64,000 bases of DNA from assembly GCA_964187785.1 (NCBI GenBank), contig OZ076413.1, forward strand, positions 48,982,001 to 49,046,000, read 5' to 3'. This stretch comes from Amphiscolops sp. MND2022. Lineage: Eukaryota. How positions within the stretch are numbered: the first letter of the stretch is position 1; every line of letters begins with the position of its first letter. Positions 49,756-62,410 of this stretch are shown here, piece after piece. A model generated the notes under the pieces. It worked only from the letters and a program-made list of their open reading frames with translations. It ran no database searches and was not told the DNA's origin. Position numbers and translations under genes: made by a program.

Positions 49756-51960
49756 TCGGGGTCATTGCACCTGCCCGCGCTAAGTCACGTAAGCGGTCTT
49801 CAGGTAGGCGACTTCCCTGTTTATGCTACTACGGTACTTTCTTAGGTTCCTCGTAGCTATCGACCATTCTGCTACTACGGTACTTTTTTAAGTTCCTCGT
49901 AGGTATCGTCGATTGTGCTACAATGTTTTTTCGTAAGTTCCTTGTAGCAATTGTCTATGCGCTGTATATCCTCTTCTGTCTCTCATGAAATTCGAACCAC
50001 CCGACTTGCCATCAAATCCGTCTCCCGAGAAATGGAAATAGTGGAAGAAATGTTTCGAGAACGGTTTACGTATCAATGGCACAACCGAAGATGCTGACAA
50101 AATAGGTTTTTTTACGTTTTTTTATCGGCTCATTGCCCCCTTTATCGGGGTCATTGCACCTGCCCGCGCTAAGTCACGTAAGCGGTCTTCAGGTAGGCGA
50201 CTTCCCTGTTTATGCTACTACGGTACTTTCTTAGGTTCCTCGTAGCTATCGACCATTCTGCTACTACGGTACTTTTTTAAGTTCCTCGTAGGTATCGTCG
50301 ATTGTGCTACAATGTTTTTTCGTAAGTTCCTTGTAGCAATTGTCTATGCGCTGTATATCCTCTTCTGTCTCTCATGAAATTCGAACCACCCGACTTGCCA
50401 TCAAATCCGTCTCCCGAGAAATGGAAATAGTGGAAGAAATGTTTCGAGAACGGTTTACGTATCAATGGCATAACCGAAGATGCTGACAAAATAGGTTTTT
50501 TTACGTTTTTTTATCGGCTCCGACTATTTCACTCCCCTCGAAAGTTCTGCAACGTTTGCATACGCTCTGAGAACATTAGACAGACAGTTTCTGAAGCCCA
50601 CGAGAGTGCTTTTTGTCCGTCATCAAATGCTCAGTGCCAGTCAAAAGGACGACGAATCCTACGTACAATTTTTTGCAAGTCTGAAACGTCGTGTTGAAGA
50701 CTGCGAATGCAACAGCTTGACCGTCCAAGCACATAAAGACTATCTAGTACAAGGGGCCTTTATATCGGGGCTCAGGTCTGACTACATTCGGGCAATACTA
50801 TTGGGACCTGGAAGACTCCAAGGCCGACATCGGTAGCTGCATATCACTTGCTTGTGCTATCGAACTATCCAGTGACTTTTCCAAATCGTTCAGAAGTGCC
50901 GAATCTTCAACTGTAGCCGCAACGAAGCCGTTTTCCCAGAAAACTCGGCGGCAACCTGATCGACCCGGCACTTCCGCTGTCCAACAGGTTTCGAAAAAAC
51001 CTCGTCCGTGCTGTCAGTTCTGCGGTCTAAAACAGCACCCACGTCTCTGACAACATCATTCTGTCAGACTGGAGTTAGGCGGTGACTGACCAAAACAGTT
51101 ATTTGTGCCGAGCTCAATGAATTGGCGTTCCCGGCGATGAAAATTACACCTCCGACCAAATTTTCCAAATCTGTTTATACTGCCAAACCTATTGCTAAAA
51201 AATCGCGTCGTCACAAACCACATTGTTAGGGACGGACCTAAGCCACGGATGGTGATCGACTATTCTCAGACAATTAATCGTCATACGTCCAAGGATGCGT
51301 TCCCTTTCCCAAATGTGCAAGACCTGCTTGATCAAGCAGCCGAGAACACTATTTTTTCGATAAGTTATTTGAAATCTGCGTATCATCAAATCCCACTCCA
51401 TCGCAAGGACAGATCATTCACTGCGTTCGAAGTAAATGCACAACTTTTTGAGTTAAAAAGACTTCCCTTTGGTGTCACAAATGCTGTAGCCGCATTTCAA
51501 CGAGAAATTACAGCCTTTGTGCGCCGGCACAACCTAAAACGAACGCACCCATCTCTCAATGATGTGATCATTGGAGGCAGATCCGAGGAGGAACAACAAG
51601 AAAATCTGAAGAACTTCCTTTGAAACGTCCGAGATTGAGGGTCTAACGCTGAACAAAGCCGAGTGCGTTTTTGGCTGTGAGACAGTACCAATGCTCGTCA
51701 CATCGTGGTAGCTGGGTCTAAACGCTCCAATCCGAGCCGAATAAAGATTCTGATGGATTTCCCTATTCCCGAAAACTCGTCCCAGTTGAAACGCCTTCTT
51801 GGGTTTTTCGTATACAACGCAAAGTAAGTGGATTGGAGACTACTCAAATAAGGTTGCTCCTCTGCTTGCAGCACAGAAACAACTGGTTTTTCCGCTCAAT
51901 CAAGCTTCTCGGCTGGATATCGCAACTCTCAAGAAAGAAGTTGCCTCTGCCACCTACATA
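49756..51960 (+). mobile_element. Ty3/Gypsy retrotransposon relic (gag and RT, internally deleted) with a 376-bp tandem duplication (49756..50131, 50145..50520)
   Basis: gag-like PEKWK.WKKCFENGL, QKDDESYVQFFASLKRRVEDC, CQFCGLKQH; RT KPRMVIDYSQTIN..DAFPFP..LKSAYHQIPL..TAFEV..LPFGVTNAVAAFQR. Confidence 0.88.
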
Positions 51961-52362
51961 CCTGGGCGATTTTGTGTTGGCTATGAACTAGAGACTTTCG
52001 AAGCGGGAATGTGTGACTTGAATGTAATATATGTAGATAGTTTTTAGTTCTGTTATATAATGTTGTGTTATTTATGTTAGCCTAATTGTTGTATGTATGC
52101 TTCAGGTGAATGCTTATCAAATAGAAACTTCCTGCAAGTACTGTTTTCCCCCTCGACGTCATTGAAAATAAACTCTTGAAGCTGTGTTCTTGTAGAACGT
52201 TTTGCGAAGGCTACACGCTTTGATTTTATTCCATTTGAGAAAGTTGTTGTCTGTGAACGTGGTGCCACTTGAATTTGTTTTGTCATTCATCATTTTGTTC
52301 ACACAGTCCCAAGGATTTTTGACCGAGTGTTGTTCATTTTGTCAATTTTGTTTTTTTTTATA

Positions 52363-52655
52363 CAGTAAACCCTCGATTATCCGCCACTATCAGTCCAGCC
52401 TGAATTTTGGCGGATGAAGGAGAGTGGCGGTTATACAAGGGAGTTTAGAAACGGGTGTTAATGCACTGCGAAGCCCTCGGAGATAATTTTTGGTACCGTG
52501 CTTGCTCCCGCGCCAACCAAATCTTGGAATTCCTAAACCCAAATAAACAAATTTCAAATAAAACCCAACTTCTTCAACTTATGTGGAAAAACTAAATCAA
52601 CACATTCAATGAACAGAATTTATGCTCGCGTTGTTGAAGTTCAACACATTAAAAA
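52363..52655. mobile_element. One end of a Tc1/pogo(Tigger)-like DNA transposon
   Basis: TA|CAGTAAACCCTCGATTATCCG terminus at 52361-52383; no second TIR seen. Confidence 0.45.
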
Positions 52656-52716
52656 CTATACCAAATATATCATCAACTATATCATCAAATATCATCAAAT
52701 CGTGCTATCAACTATA

Positions 52717-53441
52717 TATCATCAAATCCCACTCCATCGCAAGGACAGATCATTCACTGCGTTCGAAGTAAATGGACAACTTTTTGAGTTCAAAACACTT
52801 CCCTTTGGTGTCACAAATGCTGTAGCCGCATTTCAACGAGAAATGACAGCCTTTGTGCGCCGGCACAACCTGAAACGAACGCACCATCTCTCGATGATGT
52901 GATCATTGGAGGCAGATCCGAGGAGGAACACCAAGAAAATCTGAAGAACTTCCTTTGAAACGTCCGAGATTGAGGGTCTAACGCTGAACAAAGCCAAGTG
53001 CGTTTTTGGCTGTGAGACAGTACCAATGCTCGTCACATCGTGGTAGCTGGGTCTAAACGCTCCAATCCGAGCCGAATAAAAATTCTGATGGATTTCCCTA
53101 TTCCCGAAAACTCGTCCCAGTTGAAACGCCTTCTTGGGTTTTTCGTATACAACGCAAAGTAAGTGGATTGGAGACTACTCAAATAAGGTTGCTCCTCTGC
53201 TTGCAGCACAGAAACAACTGGTTTTTCCGCTCAATCAAGCTTCTCGGCAGGCTATCGCAACTCTCAAGAAAGAAGTTGCCTCTGCCACCTACATACCTGG
53301 GCGACTTTGTGTTGGCAATGAACTAGAGACTTTCGAAGCGGGAAGGTGTGACTTGAATTTAATATATGTAGATAGTTTTTAGTTCTGTTATATAATGTTG
53401 TGTTGTTTATGTTAGCCTAATTGTTGTATGTATGCTTCAAG
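52717..53441 (+). repeat. Duplicate of 51381..52104 (Gypsy RT fragment and flank), running into the gap
   Basis: tatcatcaaatcccactccatcgcaaggacag.. near-identical at offset about 1336. Confidence 0.9.
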
Positions 53442-53641
53442 NNNNNNNNNNNNNNNNNNNNNNNNNNNNNNNNNNNNNNNNNNNNNNNNNNNNNNNNNNN
53501 NNNNNNNNNNNNNNNNNNNNNNNNNNNNNNNNNNNNNNNNNNNNNNNNNNNNNNNNNNNNNNNNNNNNNNNNNNNNNNNNNNNNNNNNNNNNNNNNNNNN
53601 NNNNNNNNNNNNNNNNNNNNNNNNNNNNNNNNNNNNNNNNN
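53442..53641. other. Assembly gap (200 N)
   Basis: Run of exactly 200 N; true size and adjacency unknown. Confidence 0.99.
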
Positions 53642-53926
53642 TCCTGAGTTTTGATTGTTTTTGTATTTTGTGACTGTTTATTATTTAATACCTATGTTAT
53701 CTTTTCACAACCATTTAAGATTTCGTCGGGTGCAGTCGGTGCTTGAAATTGCTTTCTTATTTCACTCTACTACCATATTTAGCTGTCAATCAAACAACTT
53801 TTTTTGATCTTCAGTTTCATGTTTGTCAACAAAAGTTTTATCGTAAATTTTACTCAACTTGTTTGTCAACAACTATTGATGTACTGTTATATTATACACC
53901 TTCAACACTGTTAAACAATAGAAAAT

Positions 53927-56900
53927 ATGATCATTTTCGAAACGTTCAAAAAACTAAACACAGAAGAAAAACTCAACCTTTTCGAAAAAGTTTACCAGCA
54001 AAACGTCAAACTCAATAAATTACTTGAATATATTACGATGAGGCTGGATACCCATGAGAAAAAATTGAATGACCTATTACGCAATCAAGAAACCAACCAA
54101 GTGAATAAGCCCAACAATGTGAATGAAAGCAAAGACAATCAAACACAATCAAAACAAATTCGTTCATGTCGACCTCACTTGCTGAATCCAGAAACCGAAA
54201 TCTTTATTATTGGATCAAGCATCATCAGTCAAATAAACCAAAACGACCTTCCTCGTGATGTGGCTATCCATGCTTATCCCGGATCAACGACTGATGAAAA
54301 AGCGGGAATACTGGAATCATACAAAAACAAACAACTACGGACAATAACCCTACAGGATGGAATAAAAAGCCTGCTAAAGCAGAGAAGTATCAATGTGAAA
54401 AATCATTTCGAAAAACAGAAACTGCTAGTTGTGAAATAATCTTCTAAATTTAGGCCGAAGAAAATTTTCATTTGCGAACTTCCACAAGTAAAAAATGATG
54501 ATACTGTCAATGAACGAATTCGAAATTTCAATAACCTATTGAATAACGAATATCTTGATAATCCAGCGATTGAAATAATCAATTTACACAAACGACTATG
54601 TGCTGGTAATAATTCAAACAATCCTTTTTTCGACAATATACATTTCAATTGTAAATATGGGTTGCCTTTGATAAAATTTTCTTTACTCTCACATATTTTG
54701 AAATACTCAAACAGTGTACCTCGCGAACATTTGGTTCAAAAGAGAAACAATTATTGGAATTATCCGAGATCATACAATTATCAGAGAAACTTCAACTGAT
54801 AATTATCCATTCGTTCAGTGTTGAGGATGTCTGATGAATATTCGCACATGCAATTTGGGTTTCTCTGTACCATGCTGCTTTTTCACTTTCTTCCACTTAG
54901 AGCTAATACTGTTAGCTTAACATCCTTGGATATTACTGAAGCCTACTCTTTGTTGAAGTCATCTATTCATGAAAGAAATAAATTTGAGCTTTTTTATAAA
55001 AATCCAGACGTCTTAAAACTTGTGCTTCTTCTGATTTTGTTGTCTGGAGATATCGAGCGTAACCCGGGCCCTGTCTTGACTTACACACAAACTCTGCGAA
55101 TCCTTCAGAGCAAAGAAAACTATCTGAAATATGCACATGTGAACTTTCGAGATATTTGAAGAAAACAAAATGGCTTAAAAAAATAAAGCAACGTTCTTGG
55201 CCTAAACACAGTTCTAGCTATAACTGAAACTAGGTTGACCAAAAAAGATGAATTTAAAAAAGGGATATTCCTCCTAACACTCATAAATGCTTTAGATACG
55301 ATAGAAAGTGTGTAGATAAAACCAAAGGCGGTGGTATTCTCTTATATACCCCTTATAAGTTAGAACCAAAAGAATTACCGGTACTAAACTTGTGCGATAC
55401 GGAACTATTTGAATCAATATGGGTTGAATTTAAACTACCTCAAGTCGCCTCTCATGTGAACAAAATTTTATTAATTGTTTTGTACAACCCTCAAAAATCT
55501 TGTTTGGCCTTTTTCTTGAAACCTTATCTAAAAGTAATGAAGTAGCTACGCTTAAGACAACTAACATTGTTTTGATGGGGATTATAACATAGATTACCTA
55601 AATCAACTTGAACAAAATCACCTTGATTCGGTCTTAAATCTTTTTGCACTGAAAGTTTGTTGCCCAACGATTCCAACAAGAGTAGGCAAAACCTCTGAAA
55701 CTCACAATGATTATATAATAAAGGAAAATGTTCAAAACTCTTTTGTTTTTGACATACCCTTCAAAACAGACCATTTTGCTTCAATACTTTTTGGTAGTGA
55801 GAACATGAGAGATAGAAAACCAATAGAAAAAATGATTTTTGATAAATCCAGGTTCAATAGGGATGAATTTCGCACAACTTCAAGATCTCTGGATTGGGAC
55901 CTAATGTATAATCAATGTAGTGCCGATTCTACGTTGTACATTTTTATTTCTCTAATAGCCGGAGCTTTGAAGCAGCACGCTCCTTTTAAAAAAGTTTTCA
56001 TCCATACTCAAAAACCTGAAAAACTCCCTAAATCAGAATGGTTCGACGATGAATGTAAATGCCTGCTACAAAAAAGAACAATAGCTCTAAAACGTTACCA
56101 ACGCCAAACTTCTGGTATAAATTGGGAAAAATACAAGATATTGAGAGCAGAGTTTTCGGAAGCAATCTGATTACAAGTCGAACTTATTGGAAACTTTCAA
56201 ATCATCCAGAAAAACATGGAATTTTATCAACAACCTGTGCAATACAAAAAGTGAAAAATCGCGAATATCAGCCTCAATGAATTCCTTTGGAGAGTTAATC
56301 ACCGAAGACAAAAAGATTGCGAACCTACTGAACTATACTTTCTCACACCTAGGTGATTACTACGGAAAAAAATTACCGAATAATATCGAAATCAAAACTA
56401 CACCTAAATTGTTTAGTTTCCGACCGACCACCATCAAAGAAGTCTTCGATGCCGTAAAATCTTTGAAAATCAATAAACCCCTAGGACCATGCTCGATACC
56501 AGCATGGGCTATTAAAGACGGAATGACTGAAATTGTACCACATCACACAATGGTTATAAATGAATACATTAAAGATTAAAAATTTCCCTCAATTTTGAAG
56601 AAAGGTCTCATTGAACCTCTATATAAAAAAGATGACCCACTAAACCCTTTCAACTACACACTCTTTACAAAAACGAGCAATTTGTCAAAAATATTTGAAA
56701 AACTTTTGCATAAACAAATTAATCAATACCTATCATCTAATAAACTTCTGTCTCCTCTTCAATTTGGCTTCCATGAAAAAATATCAACACAAGATGCTCT
56801 CATTCATTTCACCGAATCGATCCGTAAACATGTTGACGAAAACGATACTATTCATTCAGTATGTATAGATCTTTCAAAAGCATTCCATTCCGTATCCCAT

Positions 56901-57991
56901 CAAATTATGATGAATAAATTGAAATTAACCGGCTTCAATGACGATGCTTTGGGACTAATTTTTAGCTATTTATCACACAGAAGCCAACAAGTTGTTATCA
57001 ATAATACGGTATCTGACATCATCGAAACCTATCAAGGTGAACCGCAAGGAACAGTACTTGGGCCATTACGTTTTAACATCTACATTAACGATATCACAAA
57101 ATACATCCCGAAAGAATGCAAAATTATCCAATACGCCGATGACTGTTTGATATACTCAGCGAATCCAAAACCTGATATTGCTTTTAAAAATTTACAAATA
57201 TGTTTTGAAATCCTAGAAAATTATTTTCAATCGAATCAGTTAACTCTGAATGCATCTAAAACAGAATTCATACGATTCACAACACCAAAAATGACCGTTT
57301 CCAAAAGTCAACTTATATTTGCCGGTTCCAATATGAAACTTAAGAATGAAGTAAAGTATTTAGGCATTATCGTGGACAACAAACTAACTTTCGAAACTCA
57401 AGTTAAAAGTGTGCTTAAAACATGGCCCAAAGCAATTCAAACAGTTGGCAACAACCTACCCAAAAAATGTTTAAAAGTGTTGCTTCATGCTCTTGTCCTA
57501 AGTCATTTTAAATATTGTAACCTTCTTTTAACGGACATCAGTAGTGCTCTTTTACTTTTTTTAAAGAAACAACTGAATTGGGCTCTTAAAACCATATTCT
57601 ACAGATCAAGAAACAAATCCTCGTCCTCTTCGAGATTATCTGAAGAAATATTAAGTATGAAACATAGAATTGAATTGAAATCATTTGACTTACTTTTTTC
57701 GGTTCTCAAAACCGAAAGGTCAGCTTTTCAGAATCATCTTAAACTCCCAACAATGATCTTCCGAATTAATGACCGAAACAAAAAAGTTATATTGAAAGAG
57801 CCTGGTTCAAGTAAGTTTCTTAATGGATCCTTCTTTCATACCTGTGTGAGAAGTTGAAATTCCTTACCCACTGAATTGAGAACAATCAAATACAAGAGAA
57901 AAAAATGGAAGAAATTTATCAAAGAACACATGCTACTACTTTTCAAAGAATGTCCAACATTTTATAGAAACCATATTTGGCATGGCTTCTA
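53927..57991 (+). mobile_element. CR1/L2-group LINE, near full length but decayed: ORF1 (coiled coil + SGNH esterase-like, 53927..54799) and ORF2 (2A motif, APE endonuclease, RT; 54818..57991)
   Basis: ORF1 IFIIGSSII..HAYPGSTT..ITLQDG..DNIHFN; APE AHVN, LAITET, RYDR..KGGG, PTR, TDHF; RT QFGF, IDLSKAFHSV, GEPQGTVLGP, QYADD, KYLGI; tail (W)NSLP; several stops and frameshifts. Confidence 0.92.
55049..55072 (+). other. 2A/StopGo ribosomal skipping motif DIERNPGP
   Basis: LKLVLLLILLSGDIERNPGP matches D(V/I)ExNPGP, just upstream of the APE domain. Confidence 0.88.
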
Positions 57992-58045
57992 ACTTCTCCA
58001 ATAGTTCAAAAGTGCTACTAATTTTAATTTTAATTTCTTCGTTAA

Positions 58046-58730
58046 TGTTACGGAGTGTACGCCTTTGATCTAATTGCTCGGGTCTAATGGAATTAGATCT
58101 AACAGTTGGGTCTAACTATCAGATCTTATTTCAACTAAAATACTTAGGTCTATCCCCCTTTATGGTCTCATATGTGTTCTGAAAGCGAAACTATAATGTG
58201 GGGCATATGCGATGTATGCAGGCTCGCCCTCATCGTGGCAAAGACCAGCTCCCACTACGATCGCTTCGCGATCTCCGTTCCCGCTAGGTCTTCGCTCCTG
58301 TTCGACCTCGCTTAGCAAGATGGGAATATAAGTGGCCCCAAGGGGCCGCGGGGCACTAGAGGAAATGGGGACATATCAGAGGCACGTTTTATACTTTATA
58401 TAACTGTTTAGTTTTAGATCCTAATTGACTTTTTTTCTCAAATTAGATCAAATTAGAAGAGATTTTTAGACCTGATTATTTATATCAATTTATTTAGATC
58501 TTAGTTTTGCCCCCTCTCTTAGATTTATTTCATTAGACCTGATTCCACGTAGCCAATATTACGCCTACTGTACCAAATAAGTTGTTTCTTTTTAGTAAGG
58601 TATAGTAATTCAGCGTTTTTCTCTTCTCTCTCTCTCTCTCTTCCGGAACTTGAGTTTCAATTGTTTTTTTTTGTATTTTGTGATTTTAATTATTTATTAT
58701 TTAATACCAATGCAATCTTTTTTTTCCGGA
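58046..58730. repeat. LTR-like or unclassified repeat fragment
   Basis: Begins TGTTACGG, has recurring ttagatc motifs and a (CT)n tract at 58621-58642; 58649-58720 resembles 53643-53704. Confidence 0.35.
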
Positions 58731-59804
58731 TCTTTTCTTGCTTCGCCGATGCGACTTCAAATATTTGTTTCAGCGCAGTTCATTAATTTGCGGCGTTCAC
58801 CGTAGATATTTTCATCTCTCCGCTGGATAGTTCTCTTTCAATGCGTCTGTAAAACTAGCCTCAATGGGCCTTTGCTAAATCGTTGACCACTTGCAGTTCA
58901 TTTTCTTTTTGAAGTATAGAAATGTTGGTAGATGTTCCCTGGCAGGAGCTCCTGTGAACAGCTCCACTGTTTGGTCCACACTAGTGAAGGTTGAATTCGC
59001 TTTGAGTTTTTCAGAAACCACGAATTCGATCCTGCTGTTCTCATTCACTGATAGAGGTTGAATGTCCATTGTCGAGCACGTCCAAAGTCATGCGTGAATC
59101 GTGCAAAGCCTTCTGTAGTAGTCGCCTGTGATCATTTTGTCTCATCATAGTGAGTGTCCAGCAATTAAGTCACTCGCCAGCTGTCTTTCGAGTCGCTCCT
59201 TGCACTAAAATGCATCAGCTTCTTCGAATTGATCAACATAGCAATATAATTTCTGTGCGCTGCTTCGAGAAGTTTAAACAGCTTCTGTAAAATTCTAGGG
59301 GTTCTCCAGTTTTGAGGTCTCTTTTGCTTTAGGTTTCTTCAGAGCGGGGCGTGAGGAAGGCTTTACAGAAAAGATTTTTTTATCGATGCTTTACAGTCAA
59401 CTATTCAATAGAAGCCCAAAGTTTCTTGTGTTCAAATTATTGTCATCAATGTTTTATTTTCTTCACTTTATTGTTTCCTGTCATGCGGAAATTAACCAAT
59501 ATATGTTTAATTAAAAACTGCCCATGCGTGTATTTAGAGGGTGGGTCATAATATATTTTTTATTGCTTTTTTAATTGTTCGTGAAATTACAATTTGCATT
59601 CCGGGGGTATGTTTTATTAAGCTTAAATATTCATAGCTCCAATTGGGGGTCAAAATAATTAGTGAGGGTTTATTTTGATTAGCTTCACAAAGTTTAATAC
59701 CTTCTAATATTCAAAGAATATTACACTACCCAACTTTGATTCTTTTACTCGCCGATTTAAAATGTTCATCAAAACGTCGATAAAGTTAGTAGTTTTCTTT
59801 CCTT

Positions 59805-60900
59805 TCAAATTTGACCTGTTCGTAGTTGTCTATTGAGTTGTGAGTAGATTGGGGCATCGGGCTCAAGGTTTCGTGTTTCTTTTAGTTGAGATTCTGGAAT
59901 CAGCAAACTGCTGTTCCTCCACGGAAATTTTTCGTCGTTTTCCAATCCTTCCAGATAATGATCTTCCACCATCATTATCGGTTTCAGTGACTCCTTTTGG
60001 TTGTCCAGTTTAAGAGAGAATGGTAGAAATTTATGTAGTCTCTTGTATCTGTGTAGTGCATACGTAACACCCATGTGGAGTGCAGTACTAACAAAGAATA
60101 CTACCAAGCCAATCGCAAGGTGACTTTTCCATGACAGATAATTGTTGAACTGTTTCTCCAGGGACGGCTTTAGAGCTGTAAGTTTCTGAGCAATCGGCTG
60201 TGCAATATAATTCAAGTCTGAACCGTATGAATTATCCTGTTGGGATTGTAGTTCCAATTTCAATGAGCTCAGGAGTTGAATATTCGCTTCCACTCGTGTG
60301 TTGTAATGGGGAAGCTGGTCCACTGTTGGAATAAGGCTGAACAGTCTAGCCATTGGTTCCGGTAGTGTTACATTGAATTTCAGTGGTGGAACTTTCATGC
60401 AAGTGCTAAGGTCAGATCTGATTCTAACGTTGGGGCCGATCAATTGTTTGCCACAGCTTAGACTCACCAGGCATATCTGACAACCATCTATCATTGTAGA
60501 TCCTGCTGTGGTTGTTGCATTCATGAAGGATTCACGAAACTTGAAGTTGGATGAGGTTGACGTTATGAGCCATATTCCATAACCTAGGTTCGTTGCTTTC
60601 TCTTTTAGGGGGAGTGTCACAGCTTCGGTGTCGCAAACTTCAATTGCGTCCATAACATTTCCAAAATAGAGTACTGCCAAGCATGACGCATCTGATGTTT
60701 CAGTTGCCATGGTTTCGTGACAAATCTTATATTTGTTGGGGCCGATGCGCTTTCCCAGTTGATCACGTGTTACCAATGCTGTTTCTCTTAGGTCTTCAGA
60801 TATTGCGATAAACTCCGTTTCCACAGTCCACTGGATTGCATACGCTGTTTCCAATTGTGGAATCACTACTCCGTGGGCGGAAGTTATGGTTGTTTGCCAC
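59805..60900 (-). pseudogene. Retrotransposon envelope-like protein, C-terminal part (F-type fusion glycoprotein, errantivirus/baculovirus-F-like), N-terminally truncated
   Basis: Open 368-codon frame with Cys-spaced ectodomain (FIAISED..KICH..SCLAVLY..EVC..GIWLITS..GCQICLVSLSCG), helical stem, TM segment LAIGLVVFFVSTALHMGVTYAL and cytoplasmic tail; downstream of Gypsy pol on the same strand. Confidence 0.7.
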
Positions 60901-60905
60901 TCATG

Positions 60906-61098
60906 GGTCAAAGTCGGCTTCTTTGCTTGTGAAAAGGCCAGAGGAGACCTGGAGCAATTTATAGAAGATATGGTGTACGGCCGCTATCAGGATTTAACAT
61001 ACTGCCTGCAAGAGCCTGGTGATACAGTTTGTTTGCCCGCCCGAACAGTACATTTTGTGTTCAGTGTGACTCCAAATAATCAGTGGAATTGTCTATAA
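60906..61098 (+). pseudogene. Possible JmjC/cupin C-terminal fragment
   Basis: CLQEPGDTVCLPARTVHFV resembles the JmjC Q.PGD...P....H.V motif. Confidence 0.4.
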
Positions 61099-61288
61099 TG
61101 GCTATAATGTCTATAATTGACTATAATGTCTATAATGTGCTTCATACAGAAAGTGAAGCAGTTGCCCTGGAGTGTAAAGCTTTGAATCATTGCAGTGGTC
61201 CTCCGTGGAAGTCATAATGTGCTTCATACAGAAAGTGAAGCAGTTGCCCTGGAGTGTAAAGCTTTGAATCATTGCAGTGGTCCTCCGT
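61091..61288. repeat. Five ~9-bp ctataat repeats followed by a 75-bp direct repeat (61132..61206, 61214..61288)
   Basis: Directly visible in the sequence. Confidence 0.9.
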
Positions 61289-62410
61289 CTCAAACAGTGC
61301 AAGGGAGGCGGACCAAACGGTCTGATGTGACGAAAAAGCGGTTTACACCGAGAAGAAGAGTGAAATCATCCTAATGGTGAGTAACATTTTCATTAGCGGT
61401 TGTTTTTCTTGTGTGAGAGGGTTCTCAGGAAGGACCGTATTATAAGGGAGGGAACCAGTGGGACCTTTTGGGCGTTTTTTTGTTCACAGTGTCAAAATTC
61501 TGATTATTTTTCTAATTTTGTAGGTCGGGATTTGTAAAAAGTCTAATTTCATTGTATTTACTGCATCTGGGAGCCTGAATCATACCCTATCATGTAGTAC
61601 GTGCTCTAGGTTTTCCGGGGAAAGTCATATGATGCCTTCATCGATCTTTATCTTGACAGTCGCAGTGGCAGAATTGTCGATTTCGTAGAAAGTCGTTGTA
61701 GTCAAAAAGAAAGTGCAAGTGGGAGGGTGAAGATTTTTTCTAAGGAATCTGCGGCTGCGCGCCTTTTCTATCACCCTATCGTGTAGTACACATCTCAAGC
61801 TGTCTGTAAAAGTATTTTACGTTCAGATATTTTGTCTCGTTTTCTCAGTCGCAGTGGCAAACTGTCAATTTTTATCATGGGGTCAGATAGGATTTTTTTT
61901 CTAATAGGGTATTTATGTATCAGCAATGCTTTTTGAAGGGACAATAGATACCCTATCTTGTAGATGAAATTCTAAGGTGTCCATCGGTGTGTTTTTTGTA
62001 TGGTTAACATGTCATTTTTTAATGCTCGCAGTGTCAAAATGTGGTCAATGCCGAATGTCGTATGTCAAGATAGTCGATTCTCTGCTCATTTTTCGAATAG
62101 TGTCTTGTCTAAAGACCTGTCCTTGAAGTTTTTCTGCAGAAATTTTTCAATCCATGGGTTTTTCGGGGTTTTTTGCAGTTTGGTTGCGAAAGTGAAGGAA
62201 CATAGATTTTTCACGGTTTTCAAGGGTAAATTCGGTTGGTTGGTAGTGTCGGTTAATGTTAATCTACGGGTGTCTGGTATGGGAAGGTTGGTCCGTCATA
62301 GGGTGCTCTGTGAGGAAGTACACAAACGGTTATCGTCAAATTCGTGTGTTGGAAGACTTCTATCAAGAGGTTGCGTACTTGTTGCCATAGGAGTTTGTCT
62401 CTTCCACATC

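Noticed and set aside
53421..53673. Three ORFs composed of X residues
   Set aside because: Artefacts of translating the 200-N gap
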